This document shows, piece after piece, positions 38,843 through 48,896 of a stretch of 64,000 nucleotides of DNA (within the stretch, counting starts at the first letter, position 1; each line of letters starts with the position of its first letter). The notes below the pieces were generated by a model. It searched no databases, was not told the DNA's origin, and saw only the letters and a program-made list of their open reading frames with translations. The stretch is from Lewinellaceae bacterium (GTDB lineage Bacteria > Bacteroidota > Bacteroidia > Chitinophagales > Saprospiraceae), in NCBI GenBank assembly GCA_020636155.1, contig JACJYM010000001.1, positions 282,627 to 346,626 on the forward strand, given 5' to 3'. The position numbers and the translations under genes were made by a program.

Positions 38843-39895
38843 ATGCAAATATCTTGCCAATATTATTTTAAAAGCCATAATTTTTTACCACTTTCGTACC
38901 CTATTCAAATCAATTTGATGCGATTAATTACAAATGACGACATTATCGATGTGTTCCATAAATTAAGCCAAAGAGGTTTTAATTTCTTATTTTCAAAATT
39001 TAGTCTTAATAGTCTTAAACGTACCAAAAGTGCATTTGACAACACCGCGATACACAGCTCAAATTGGTGGATAATCCCCAACATCAAAAAACATTGGAAT
39101 CAAAAAATAACCGGACAATCTCACATTATTTATGAGGAGTATGTCTTGGAAAAATACATCAAAAATCAATCTGGGCTCAGGATGCTCTCACTCGGTGCCG
39201 GTATCTGTAGTCATGAACTTATTTTTGCAAAAAACAATGTATTCAGCCAAGTTTTGTGTGTTGACATTGCAGACAACTTACTCACGCAAGCGAAAGAAAA
39301 AGCCACAGAATTGGGTTTACAGAATTTTGAAATTTTGGTAGAAAACGTTTATAAATTGGCATTTGAAGAAAGTAGTTTTGATATGGTATTATTCAATTCA
39401 TCGCTGCATCATTTTAGTCAGGTAGAAGATTTACTTCAAAATAAAATCAAGCCTTGGTTAAAGCCAGATGGACTCCTGATAGTCAATGAATATATGGGTC
39501 CCAACAGATTGCAATTTCCAAAACATCAAATAAAATCCATCAATGAAGCGATCTCACTCATCCCTCAAGAGTTGCGAAAAAGATATCGTTCGAAGTTTTC
39601 GAAAAATACTTTTTCTGGTTCAGGACTTATCCGCATGTACCTCGCAGATCCTTCAGAATGTGTAGAGTCAGAGCATATTTTAGATCATCTTCATTCTCAT
39701 TTTGATACCGTAGAGGAAAAAGCATTCGGAGGAAATATCCTGATGAATGCACTCAAGGACATTTCACACAACTTTTTAGATGTCAATAATAAATTGGCTC
39801 AAGAAACCCTCGAAAAACTAATAAATTATGAAGATGATTATCTAAAGAATTACCCAAGTGATTTCATCTTTGGAATATATAAAAATAGGAAATAA
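38843..39895 (+). CDS. class I SAM-dependent methyltransferase
   Basis: The motif-I-like 'MLSLGAGICSHEL', 'VLCVDIADN' and 'DMVLFNSSLHH' fit a Rossmann methyltransferase. The true start is probably the internal Met near 38918. Confidence 0.65.
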   Translation: MQISCQYYFKSHNFLPLSYPIQINLMRLITNDDIIDVFHKLSQRGFNFLFSKFSLNSLKRTKSAFDNTAIHSSNWWIIPNIKKHWNQKITGQSHIIYEEYVLEKYIKNQSGLRMLSLGAGICSHELIFAKNNVFSQVLCVDIADNLLTQAKEKATELGLQNFEILVENVYKLAFEESSFDMVLFNSSLHHFSQVEDLLQNKIKPWLKPDGLLIVNEYMGPNRLQFPKHQIKSINEAISLIPQELRKRYRSKFSKNTFSGSGLIRMYLADPSECVESEHILDHLHSHFDTVEEKAFGGNILMNALKDISHNFLDVNNKLAQETLEKLINYEDDYLKNYPSDFIFGIYKNRK

Positions 39896-39911
39896 TCTGA
39901 CTCCTTTGCCT

Positions 39912-42900
39912 CTATGCGACTGCCGTTTCTTCTTGCAATCTTTCCAGTAAAATACGGGCTTCTTTGAGGTTTTTTACTTTATCCTTAATCAGTATCAGGT
40001 AGTTTTGTGTTTGTTTGAGTCTAAAATTAAGGCTTTTTTCCGGGTCACTAATCGTTGTCAAAATGGATTTGAATTTTTCCGATTCAAAAAATCTTGATTG
40101 TGCATTAGAAATAAAAAAGCACCGCATCGTCCCGTTTTTTAAGCTCATCCGTTCAAAGCCGAATTGCTTACATATCCACCTCAATCTCAAGCCATTAAAA
40201 AGTTCATCTACCTGTTCAGGAATGGTACCAAAACGGTCTTTCAGAGCCGTTCTAAATTTGGAAAGTTCATCTTCAGTCTCTATGGAGTCCAGTTCGGTAT
40301 AGAGTGAAAGTCTTTCCTGAATACTACTAATATAGCTATCGGGTATCAACATCTCAATATCGGCATCTATTTCAACTTCTCGTACAAAGTCCTTTTGTTT
40401 TGCCAGTTCATCGTTAAAGAGTTCTTTATATTCATTTTCTTTCAACTCCATGACGGCTTCTTCTAATATCTTTTGATAGGTTTCATAACCTATGTCAGAG
40501 ATAAAACCACTTTGTTCTGCACCCAACAGATTGCCAGCACCACGTATATCCATGTCTTTCATCGCAATATGGAATCCGCTGCCAAGATCAGAAAACTCTT
40601 CCAGTGTCTTAATTCTCTTTCTTGCATCTTCTGTCAATACGGAGATAGGCGGTGCAAATAAATAGCAAAATGCCTTCTTATTACTTCTTCCTACTCGGCC
40701 TCTCAATTGGTGTAAATCTGCCATTCCAAATTGGTGAGCATTATTGATAATCATGGTATTGGCATTTGGAATATCGAGCCCAGTCTCTATGATATTGGTC
40801 GAAACCAAGACATCAAATTTTCCATCTATAAAATCAACCAATGTCTTTTCTAACTTATCAGAATCCATCTGCCCATGAGCCATCCTCACGTTGACATCAG
40901 GGCACATCTTTTGTATAATGGCTGTGATATCGGCAAGGTTTTTCACCCGATTATGTACAAAAAATACTTGTCCACCACGATTTACTTCATAATATATGGC
41001 ATCTCTGATCAAATGTTCGCTGAATACTCGCCTCTCTGTATGGATGGGTTGTCGATTAGGTGGTGGAGTCCTAATAATACTTAGGTCTCGAGCGGCCATC
41101 AAAGAAAATTGAAGTGTACGCGGAATCGGTGTAGCGGTCAGTGTCAATGTATCTACATTCACCTTTAGGTTTCGGAGCTTTTCCTTTGATGCAACACCAA
41201 ATTTTTGCTCCTCATCGATAATAAGAAGGCCTAAATCCTTAAATTTTATTTTTTTATTTAAAATGGCATGCGTCCCGATGAGCAATTCTAAGCTACCATC
41301 TTCGATTCGTTGATAAATTTCGTTTTTTTCCTTGGTACTTCTGAATCGATTGATATAATCTACACTTACACCAAACTCATTTAGACGTTCAGAAAATGTT
41401 TTATAATGTTGCAATGCCAGAATGGTTGTAGGTACGAGAATAGCCACCTGTTTTCCAGCCACTATCGATTTAAAGGCAGCTCTCACGGCAATTTCGGTCT
41501 TTCCAAATCCTACATCTCCACATATTAGTCTATCCATAGGATACGGCTTGGACATATCTTCCTTTACGTCTTGCGTGGTACTGTACTGATCGGGAGTGTC
41601 TTCATATAGGAATGAGGCTTCCAGTTCATTCTGCAAATATCCATCGGGTGGAAAAGCAAAACCCTCAGAGGCTTTTCGCTTGGCATAGAGTTTTATCAAC
41701 TCATTGGCAATGTCCTTGACCTTTGATTTTGTTTTTCGTTTTAGGTTTTTCCAAGCTTCCCCACCTATTTTGCTCAATTTTGGTGGAGTCCCATCCTTGC
41801 CTACGTATTTAGAGATTTTGTGTAGTGAATTGATACTCACATATAGAATGTCATTATTGAGATAAACCAATCTCACAGATTCCTGAACATGACCATTGAT
41901 ATCTATTTTTTCAAGTCCCGAATACCTCCCTACTCCATGGTCTATGTGTGTGACAAAATCTCCGGGTACTAATTCCCGCAACATTCGCAAATTGATAGCC
42001 TGATCCTTCGTAAAACCTTCTCGAATTTTGTACCGGTGAAATCTTTCAAAAATCTGGTGATCCGTATAGCATACCACTTTATTATCGTGATCGATGAAGC
42101 CCTCGTGTATGGCAATATTGATGGCAGAAAACTTAAATCGTGCTTCTAGATCTTCAAAAATATTGTAAAACCTCTCCAATTGCCTTGCATTGTCAGAGAA
42201 AATACAAAGTTGATAACCCTTATCGTAATAGCCTTGCAAATTATCAATAAGTAAATTAAAATTCTTGTTGAATGCTGGTTGTGAGGCCGTTGCCACCTCT
42301 ATTTCCTTATCATTTTTGAATACTTGAGGTGTACTTAATAAAATTTTATTGAGAGCTTGAATTTTTTCAATGATATCTTTGGGATAGTTGAATGACAATG
42401 TTTCACTTACAGTGGACTCCATGGTGTCCTGCTTGTCATTAATGTATTCCAATGCTTTATCAAAAGATTCCTGAAGTCGGTCTATCAGCAACTCCTCATT
42501 ATATATCCATGCAATTGTATCTGAAGACAATATGTCTAATAAAGAGACTTTGTCCTCCTTCTTAAACTTGACATTAACATCAGGAATGATATTTACTTTT
42601 TTAATATTTCTGATAGAGAGTTGATCCGTTGGATTAAAAGTTCTGATACTTTCTACTTCTTCATCAAAAAGTTCAATTCGGTAAGGCCATTCATTCCCAT
42701 ACGAAAATACGTCTATAATGCCTCCCCGTATCGAAAATTGCCCGGGTTCATAGACGAAATCTGTCCTTTCGAATCCGTATTCTACCAAAACCTCAATGGC
42801 AGTGTCAATATCGAGTCTCTCGTTTATCTCGATTTCGATATTGTTTTTGTTGAGAAGTTCCGGATCGACCACTTTTTCAAATATCGCTTCCGGATAAGTC

Positions 42901-43277
42901 ACGATGGCGGTATTCATCCGATTTCGAACATTGAGTTTATTAATCGTCTCTGTCCGTTGTAGTGCATTGACGCTGTTCAACTCATCAAACATCAATGGCC
43001 TCTTAAAAGAATCGGGAAAAAAATAGGCACGTTTTTGCTCTACTAAAGCAGCCAATGTATTGTGCAGATAGGCTGCATGTTCTTTATTTTCAGCTATTAT
43101 TAAATGTGATTGCTCAAAATTAGAAAGCAGCGAGGCATTCAAAAACGAGGAATAACTTCCATAAGCGCCTTTGATTTTGAGACTGAATTTAGATTGAGAT
43201 GCCAGCTTGTCTTTTACAAACTGTGTAACTGTAGAACCCTGATAACGATCTATCAGACTTTCGATATTGAATACCAA
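39912..43277 (-). CDS. mfd: transcription-repair coupling factor
   Basis: 1,121 aa. A UvrB-homology N-terminus, the RNAP-interaction region, superfamily-2 helicase motifs 'LICGDVGFGKTE', 'DEEQKFG' and 'QLRGRVGR', and a TRCF C-terminal domain. Confidence 0.92.
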   Translation of the reverse strand: MVFNIESLIDRYQGSTVTQFVKDKLASQSKFSLKIKGAYGSYSSFLNASLLSNFEQSHLIIAENKEHAAYLHNTLAALVEQKRAYFFPDSFKRPLMFDELNSVNALQRTETINKLNVRNRMNTAIVTYPEAIFEKVVDPELLNKNNIEIEINERLDIDTAIEVLVEYGFERTDFVYEPGQFSIRGGIIDVFSYGNEWPYRIELFDEEVESIRTFNPTDQLSIRNIKKVNIIPDVNVKFKKEDKVSLLDILSSDTIAWIYNEELLIDRLQESFDKALEYINDKQDTMESTVSETLSFNYPKDIIEKIQALNKILLSTPQVFKNDKEIEVATASQPAFNKNFNLLIDNLQGYYDKGYQLCIFSDNARQLERFYNIFEDLEARFKFSAINIAIHEGFIDHDNKVVCYTDHQIFERFHRYKIREGFTKDQAINLRMLRELVPGDFVTHIDHGVGRYSGLEKIDINGHVQESVRLVYLNNDILYVSINSLHKISKYVGKDGTPPKLSKIGGEAWKNLKRKTKSKVKDIANELIKLYAKRKASEGFAFPPDGYLQNELEASFLYEDTPDQYSTTQDVKEDMSKPYPMDRLICGDVGFGKTEIAVRAAFKSIVAGKQVAILVPTTILALQHYKTFSERLNEFGVSVDYINRFRSTKEKNEIYQRIEDGSLELLIGTHAILNKKIKFKDLGLLIIDEEQKFGVASKEKLRNLKVNVDTLTLTATPIPRTLQFSLMAARDLSIIRTPPPNRQPIHTERRVFSEHLIRDAIYYEVNRGGQVFFVHNRVKNLADITAIIQKMCPDVNVRMAHGQMDSDKLEKTLVDFIDGKFDVLVSTNIIETGLDIPNANTMIINNAHQFGMADLHQLRGRVGRSNKKAFCYLFAPPISVLTEDARKRIKTLEEFSDLGSGFHIAMKDMDIRGAGNLLGAEQSGFISDIGYETYQKILEEAVMELKENEYKELFNDELAKQKDFVREVEIDADIEMLIPDSYISSIQERLSLYTELDSIETEDELSKFRTALKDRFGTIPEQVDELFNGLRLRWICKQFGFERMSLKNGTMRCFFISNAQSRFFESEKFKSILTTISDPEKSLNFRLKQTQNYLILIKDKVKNLKEARILLERLQEETAVA

Positions 43278-43309
43278 ATTATTCGAGTCTTGACTACTCG
43301 ACGTCGCTT

Positions 43310-43525
43310 TTAAATCCAGTTTTTAGCCTTTACAAATGAGGTTAATAAAAATGGCAAAACCACCCAAAACCACTCAGGTTTGAACATTAAAAATGCGATT
43401 ATCGCAACCAAAGAAATTAAGAAATATAATTTGGCTGCACCTGTATTAGAAGTTGTTGTCGTCATTAACATTGTTTCTTTGCTGCAAAAGTAACAATTCC
43501 CTCTTACTTTATAAAAGTGATTCAT
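43310..43525 (-). CDS. small hypothetical membrane protein
   Basis: One or two TM helices ('LYFLISLVAIIAFLMF', 'FWVVLPFLL'). It lies upstream of mfd on the same strand. The start is uncertain, and an internal Met is possible. Confidence 0.35.
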   Translation of the reverse strand: MNHFYKVRGNCYFCSKETMLMTTTTSNTGAAKLYFLISLVAIIAFLMFKPEWFWVVLPFLLTSFVKAKNWI

Positions 43526-43695
43526 ACTTTTTTTTACACATGCTTTTCAATATACTTTATCAGCAATCAATAGAAAATAAGTTGTGATTTTAAGAGGTGA
43601 AATGAAGATTTTTAACGATTACCAAACTTATTCTTGCATATTTTAATCAACTCATCACTCTTACACAATAAAATCTTTAATTTTGCTCATTCATT

Positions 43696-45039
43696 ATGGT
43701 AGAAAATGTACTAAATAAGGAATTATTATCACTTGGCGCTTGGGAGATCACCTTTGGCCAAGCCATTGCAATATTGCTCATAATAATTCTTGCCGGGGTC
43801 ATTTCCATGGTATTTTCCAATAAGTATTCCAACAACTTTTTTGAAAGGAATGGCATTTCCGTAAAATCAAAGCAAAAACTAAAACGGTATTTGATATACC
43901 TATTGGCCTCGATTTTCTTTTATGTTATTATTCAAATATTCGATTTAGAATACGATTTATTCCATACTCGAGGAATAGTGTTCAACATGTCGTTGATTGC
44001 TAAAGCTCTGATTATTTTGCAGATTGCACGGATTGCCGATTGGATTATCTCTAATCTTTTCATACAGCGATTTTATTCGAAAAGGGATAGTGTGCCTGAG
44101 TCCCATGCCAGAACTTTTAATACTGAAGATAAGGCTTCAAAAGTGGTTCAGCTCATCGTGTATATCCTAGCCATTATGACCATTATCAGTAATTTGAACA
44201 TTGATTTTTCACTGTTTAAACTCAAATTGGGTGGTGAAGAAACTGTCAATGTACATATTAATAATGTTCTGACTGCCATTCTAGTCTTATTGATTGCAAG
44301 ATTGATAGTGTGGTTACTGACCAATGTCGTCATGTATGCACTTTATAAGCAAAACGATGTCGATGAAGGTTCCAAATATGCCATAAACCAAATCCTAAAG
44401 TACGTCATCTATGTCTTTGCGATACTGATTGCCCTTCGCAGTTTAGGTATTGATATGACCATTATTATGGGAGGTGCGGCGGCCTTGTTAGTGGGTATTG
44501 GGCTCGGATTACAACAGACATTTAATGATTTCTTTTCGGGCTTGGTATTATTATTTGAGCGAACGGTCTCAATCGGAGATATCCTTTATATAGATGGAAA
44601 AGCGGCAACCGTAAAAAAGATAGGTCTCAGATCCTCTATCATTGAGCCAGCAGACAGTCAGTCCATCATCGTGCCGAATAGCAAATTGGTTAATAATTCT
44701 GTACAAAACTGGACTCATTTTGACCCAAATGTGAGATTTTCAGTACAAGTTGGGGTTGCCTATGGAAGTGACACAGTTTTAGTCAGAGACTTACTTTTAA
44801 AAGCAGCACATAATTGCAAAAGAATCAATAGATACCCTAAACCATTCATAAGATTTCAAGAGTTTGGGGACAGCTCACTTAATTTTGAATTATTTTTTTA
44901 CTCTAATGAATATCTGGCTAACGAGGATGTGAAAAGTGACTTAAGATTTGAAATAGACCGATTGTTTAGAGAGAATAAGATTACTATTCCTTTCCCTCAA
45001 AGGGATGTGTGGATTAGAGAACAAAAAAACATGAGTTAA
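43696..45039 (+). CDS. mechanosensitive ion channel family protein (MscS-like)
   Basis: 447 aa. Multiple N-terminal TM helices, the MscS core 'FFSGLVLLFERTVSIGDILYIDGKAATVKKIGLRSSIIE..SQSIIVPNSKL..V.NWT', and a possible -7 box TAATTTTG at 43678-43685. Confidence 0.85.
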   Translation: MVENVLNKELLSLGAWEITFGQAIAILLIIILAGVISMVFSNKYSNNFFERNGISVKSKQKLKRYLIYLLASIFFYVIIQIFDLEYDLFHTRGIVFNMSLIAKALIILQIARIADWIISNLFIQRFYSKRDSVPESHARTFNTEDKASKVVQLIVYILAIMTIISNLNIDFSLFKLKLGGEETVNVHINNVLTAILVLLIARLIVWLLTNVVMYALYKQNDVDEGSKYAINQILKYVIYVFAILIALRSLGIDMTIIMGGAAALLVGIGLGLQQTFNDFFSGLVLLFERTVSIGDILYIDGKAATVKKIGLRSSIIEPADSQSIIVPNSKLVNNSVQNWTHFDPNVRFSVQVGVAYGSDTVLVRDLLLKAAHNCKRINRYPKPFIRFQEFGDSSLNFELFFYSNEYLANEDVKSDLRFEIDRLFRENKITIPFPQRDVWIREQKNMS

Positions 45040-45040
45040 G

Positions 45041-46387
45041 ATGTCAACGCCGAAGACTGTTGCATTTCATACACTTGGTTGTAAACTTAATTTTTCTGAG
45101 ACGTCTTCCATAAAACGTCAATTTGAAAATGCTGGATTTCAAAGCGTTGACTTTGAAAATGGTGCCGATATTTACGTCATTAACACCTGTAGTGTCACAG
45201 ATTTTGCAGATAAAAAATGCCGATATGAGGTTCGTCGTGCACTGCGATACTCACCCTATGCAAAAATTGTGGTAATCGGTTGTTATGCTCAGTTAAAACC
45301 AAAGGAAATTGCAGAAATCCCCGGAGTAGATTTAGTATTGGGGGCCGCAGAAAAATTTGAAGTCCTGCATTATGTCGAAGAGCTGGGTCAGGCTCATGGT
45401 AAAGGCATAGTCAAAGCAGGGGAGGTCACCCGAGCAAACACATTTCAGGATGCATTTTCATTTGGAGATAGAACCCGTACATTCTTAAAAGTTCAGGATG
45501 GGTGTAATTATAAGTGCAGTTTTTGTACCATTCCTCAAGCTCGTGGAAAAAGCAGAAGCGATACGATAGATAATGTATTACAAAATATAGATAAAATTTC
45601 CGCATTAGGAACTAAAGAAATCGTCCTTACAGGTGTCAATTTAGGTGATTTTGGTAATGGAACCGAAGTCATTGAAGGAATCATTCCAAAAAAAGAAGCA
45701 CTATTCATAGATCTTATCCAAGCTATCGACCAACATCCTAGCGGCATAGAAAGATTCAGAATTTCATCGATTGAGCCCAACTTATGCACGGATGAGGTGA
45801 TTGAATTCGTCGCAAAGTCAGAAAAATTTGTGCCTCATTTTCATATCCCTTTACAATCGGGGTGTAATAACATATTGGCTGCGATGAAGCGAAGGTATAA
45901 ACGAGAATTGTACCTTTCTAGAATTAATAAAATCAAAGAAATCATGCCTCATGCATGTATCGGTGTGGATGTTATCGTTGGATTTCCAGGAGAGACACAT
46001 GAAGATTTTTTGGATAGTTATAACTTCATTAATGAACTGGATGTCAATTACTTACATGTATTTACCTATTCAGAAAGAGCCAACACACCTGCGGCAGAAT
46101 TACCCAATCCTGTAGATATGAATACTCGTCGAGAACGAAATGAAAGGTTGAGAATATTGTCAGAAAAAAAACTCAGACAGTTCTACGAATCCCACTTAAA
46201 TACCACTCGGACGGTTCTCATAGAAAAAGGTCATGACAACACCTATCTGTCCGGATATACAGACAATTACATCAAAGTAAAATTTGACTTTGACGAATGT
46301 TTAATCAATGCTACCCTACCCATCTATTTAGATGAAATCCAAGACAATGTGGTACTGGGAAAAATCATGACACTTAGCGAGAGCTAG
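45041..46387 (+). CDS. MiaB-like radical SAM tRNA methylthiotransferase (MtaB-type)
   Basis: 448 aa. The N-terminal MTTase domain is 'VAFHTLGCKLNFSE'. The radical SAM motif is 'CNYKCSFCTIP'. A C-terminal TRAM-like region is present. Confidence 0.85.
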   Translation: MSTPKTVAFHTLGCKLNFSETSSIKRQFENAGFQSVDFENGADIYVINTCSVTDFADKKCRYEVRRALRYSPYAKIVVIGCYAQLKPKEIAEIPGVDLVLGAAEKFEVLHYVEELGQAHGKGIVKAGEVTRANTFQDAFSFGDRTRTFLKVQDGCNYKCSFCTIPQARGKSRSDTIDNVLQNIDKISALGTKEIVLTGVNLGDFGNGTEVIEGIIPKKEALFIDLIQAIDQHPSGIERFRISSIEPNLCTDEVIEFVAKSEKFVPHFHIPLQSGCNNILAAMKRRYKRELYLSRINKIKEIMPHACIGVDVIVGFPGETHEDFLDSYNFINELDVNYLHVFTYSERANTPAAELPNPVDMNTRRERNERLRILSEKKLRQFYESHLNTTRTVLIEKGHDNTYLSGYTDNYIKVKFDFDECLINATLPIYLDEIQDNVVLGKIMTLSES

Positions 46388-46531
46388 AAACTGAGCTAAT
46401 CATCGCACCAGGCAACACAAGTCACTAAATCCACGTTTTACATACAGTTTAAAAACTCTATGAACCATAATCATAGAGACCAAATATATTTTTAAACAAT
46501 AAATGCTAACTATTGCCATTAATATGTATTC

Positions 46532-47113
46532 ATGAAAAAACTAAAAATACATCAGCCACCTATTGATCGTACCAAACGATTCAATATTTTTCGAATCACC
46601 ATTTTATTTTTTCTTCCTTTTAATTTATTGACTATCACCTCGTGTTGCGACCTTGAAAATCCCGGAAGCGACAAAACGGTCATGGCATTGAGACCCATCT
46701 ATGACACACATTCTTTTCCCGTGCAACTTGATACCGAAGAAGACTTAAAATTTCAGAAAATTAATGCTTCAGAAAACTATCTTACCATCCTAGAATATGC
46801 AAAAGGCCTCAAAGTGTATAAAAAAAACACCAATGGGGGTTACTCCTTTTATAGCCAATACGAAGTACCTGCCGTGAGCTTTACTTACATTAAAGATGAT
46901 ATATTGTACTGTGACAACGGCGCCAATTTGATACGAATAGACTTAAAAAGTCAAGAAATTACAAAACTGGAAGACCAGTATGAAATAGACGATAAAGACA
47001 GCTATCCCAATAATTACTACGGTTCTTTTGAGTGCTATGATGCCTCAAAAGGCACTTTGCTGGATTGGGAATACACTGAAATTTTTTACCCTAAATGCTG
47101 GAGACACAGATAA
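46532..47113 (+). CDS. hypothetical lipoprotein
   Basis: 193 aa. Signal/lipobox 'LLTITSCC'. The next lipoprotein gene follows in the same frame after a single TAA. Confidence 0.5.
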   Translation: MKKLKIHQPPIDRTKRFNIFRITILFFLPFNLLTITSCCDLENPGSDKTVMALRPIYDTHSFPVQLDTEEDLKFQKINASENYLTILEYAKGLKVYKKNTNGGYSFYSQYEVPAVSFTYIKDDILYCDNGANLIRIDLKSQEITKLEDQYEIDDKDSYPNNYYGSFECYDASKGTLLDWEYTEIFYPKCWRHR

Positions 47114-47116
47114 GAT

Positions 47117-47860
47117 ATGAAGCAATTACTGCTATTCTACCTAATTATACTTTTAAGCTACGGTTGCTTTGGTTTTGATTGTCCATATGATGATTACAGG
47201 AATGACCGCCTCGATATTTTTTTAAATACACGATATAGCCAAGCCTTTGTCAAATATGACAAAATGTATGTAACGAAAGGGAATTCCTTTGTGACATACG
47301 GGACTTCCGGAAATTCGGTCACCAATCAGGAATCTGCTCAATTAAGTCATCCAATACTAAGTGCCTGCTTAGACACTACCAATTTAGTATTTTATCTTTA
47401 TTCTGACAGACTCAAATCTTATACCGTCAATACCGATGGATCAGTATCTAATAATAGTAGTTTTATAAATACCAATAATTCAGAAATCTTAAAATTCTTC
47501 GTAAAGGATAGCATTTTCTTCACTTTTCAACATACGCAATATTCTGAAGACAAAGAAGTACAAATATTAGAAATTGACCAAAGTGACAATCTAAACACAA
47601 CCGCTACATTTGACCTTTTGGCACCAAAAGACATAGCCTTACAAAATCAATATTTTTTTATTGCGGATTATACGAATGGCATTTATGTCTATGATGTCAG
47701 CAACCCGTATAATCCGATTAAGATAAAACACATTCTGGAGGTCACATCCAATCAAATCGAACTATCAGGTAATCACTTAATCTCCTTGGGAGAAAACATG
47801 GTTACTGTATTCGATATTTCTGACATCAATAATATCAAGAAAATTGAAGACATTTTATAG
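47117..47860 (+). CDS. hypothetical lipoprotein with LVIVD-type beta-propeller repeat
   Basis: 247 aa. Lipobox 'LLSYGC'. 'YFFIADYTNGIYVYDVSNPYNPIKI' matches the LVIVD repeat consensus. Confidence 0.55.
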   Translation: MKQLLLFYLIILLSYGCFGFDCPYDDYRNDRLDIFLNTRYSQAFVKYDKMYVTKGNSFVTYGTSGNSVTNQESAQLSHPILSACLDTTNLVFYLYSDRLKSYTVNTDGSVSNNSSFINTNNSEILKFFVKDSIFFTFQHTQYSEDKEVQILEIDQSDNLNTTATFDLLAPKDIALQNQYFFIADYTNGIYVYDVSNPYNPIKIKHILEVTSNQIELSGNHLISLGENMVTVFDISDINNIKKIEDIL

Positions 47861-48473
47861 AAAATTCCTCTTAGTCGCAATCATGTATATGCTATTTCAC
47901 AAAGCGGTATATACACAGAGCCTCGACACCTTACCTCGCCAATTCAATCATAGTATAGGTCTATCGTTTACGGGATATTTATATGCTGACAAGGGCATTG
48001 ATGCATATTATGAATATACATTTCCAAACAAAATTGAATTCATTGCATCCGCGGGTTTTCTTTTTGAAAATTATAACAGCAATAAAACTAGAGGTCTCAG
48101 GACTAGATTAGGAATGCGTTATTTAGTCCGAAATAAGAAAAATTATAGCGGATTCATAGGATTAATGACTCAGTATAACATTCTTCGTGATAAATATTGG
48201 GCTTATCTTTATCATAACCAAGGCAATTACTATGAAGAGAAATTAATATCCCAAACAAGAAACAAGTTGGGCTTGCTATTCATTACAGGCGCAAAATTTT
48301 ATTTAAGCCAACGTTACACCTTGGAGTATTTTTTTGGAATAGGTAGTGGTAGCACAAAAATTACATCAGACTTAAAGAGTGAGGTTTCACAACATGATCC
48401 TGATCGCAGCAGGCTCGGTGAACCACTCAATTTTATGTATTCTCTAGAAATCATAGCCTGCTATCGATTATAA
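47844..48473 (+). CDS. hypothetical outer-membrane beta-barrel-like protein
   Basis: 209 aa. A signal peptide is followed by alternating aromatic/hydrophobic beta-strand pattern ('GLSFTGYLYADKG', 'FIASAGFLFEN', 'YFFGIGSG'). Confidence 0.45.
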   Translation: MKTFYRKFLLVAIMYMLFHKAVYTQSLDTLPRQFNHSIGLSFTGYLYADKGIDAYYEYTFPNKIEFIASAGFLFENYNSNKTRGLRTRLGMRYLVRNKKNYSGFIGLMTQYNILRDKYWAYLYHNQGNYYEEKLISQTRNKLGLLFITGAKFYLSQRYTLEYFFGIGSGSTKITSDLKSEVSQHDPDRSRLGEPLNFMYSLEIIACYRL

Positions 48474-48508
48474 CAAAACACATCTGAAGAATTGGTGTTT
48501 TATCATAG

Positions 48509-48880
48509 ATGGATACATTTCAAGAAACACTTTTTTATGATAGCGAATGCCTGATGTGTAGTCGGTTTTTAAGGCTTCTTAACAAAAATTCCACTATCCC
48601 TCAACTCAAGATACTCAGTACTCATGGTGATGAATATAAGGAGTATTGTCGCCAACATCATATCCTAGAAGATACCGTGGTCTATGTCGTCAGCGACCAA
48701 TACTTCATCAAGTCAAAAGCGATATTCAATCTTCTCAATAAGTATAGTACCCTTGCGCCTATCAGCCGCATAATTGAATTCTTATTTCCGACGAAGATGG
48801 CCGATTCCATGTATGATGTCATCGCTCGCCTTCGCAAAAAGTACTTTATGAAGAGGAAGTGTGAGACGGGTAGTAATTAA
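48509..48880 (+). CDS. thiol-disulfide oxidoreductase DCC-family protein (DUF393)
   Basis: 123 aa. The N-terminal 'FYDSECLMCSRF' CxxC motif and overall size fit DCC1-like proteins. Confidence 0.65.
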   Translation: MDTFQETLFYDSECLMCSRFLRLLNKNSTIPQLKILSTHGDEYKEYCRQHHILEDTVVYVVSDQYFIKSKAIFNLLNKYSTLAPISRIIEFLFPTKMADSMYDVIARLRKKYFMKRKCETGSN

Positions 48881-48896
48881 GGGAAAAAATTCAGTA

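Noticed and set aside
43110-43313. 67-aa ORF at the mfd 5' end, and ORFs 40015-42962 on the plus strand
   Set aside because: They lie within or antisense to mfd. The mfd frame has helicase motifs throughout.
47111-47119. 46532-47113 and 47117-47860 as one gene with stop-codon read-through (same frame, single TAA)
   Set aside because: The second ORF begins with its own complete signal peptide and lipobox immediately after the stop. Two tandem lipoprotein genes is the simpler interpretation, though a nonsense mutation cannot be fully excluded.
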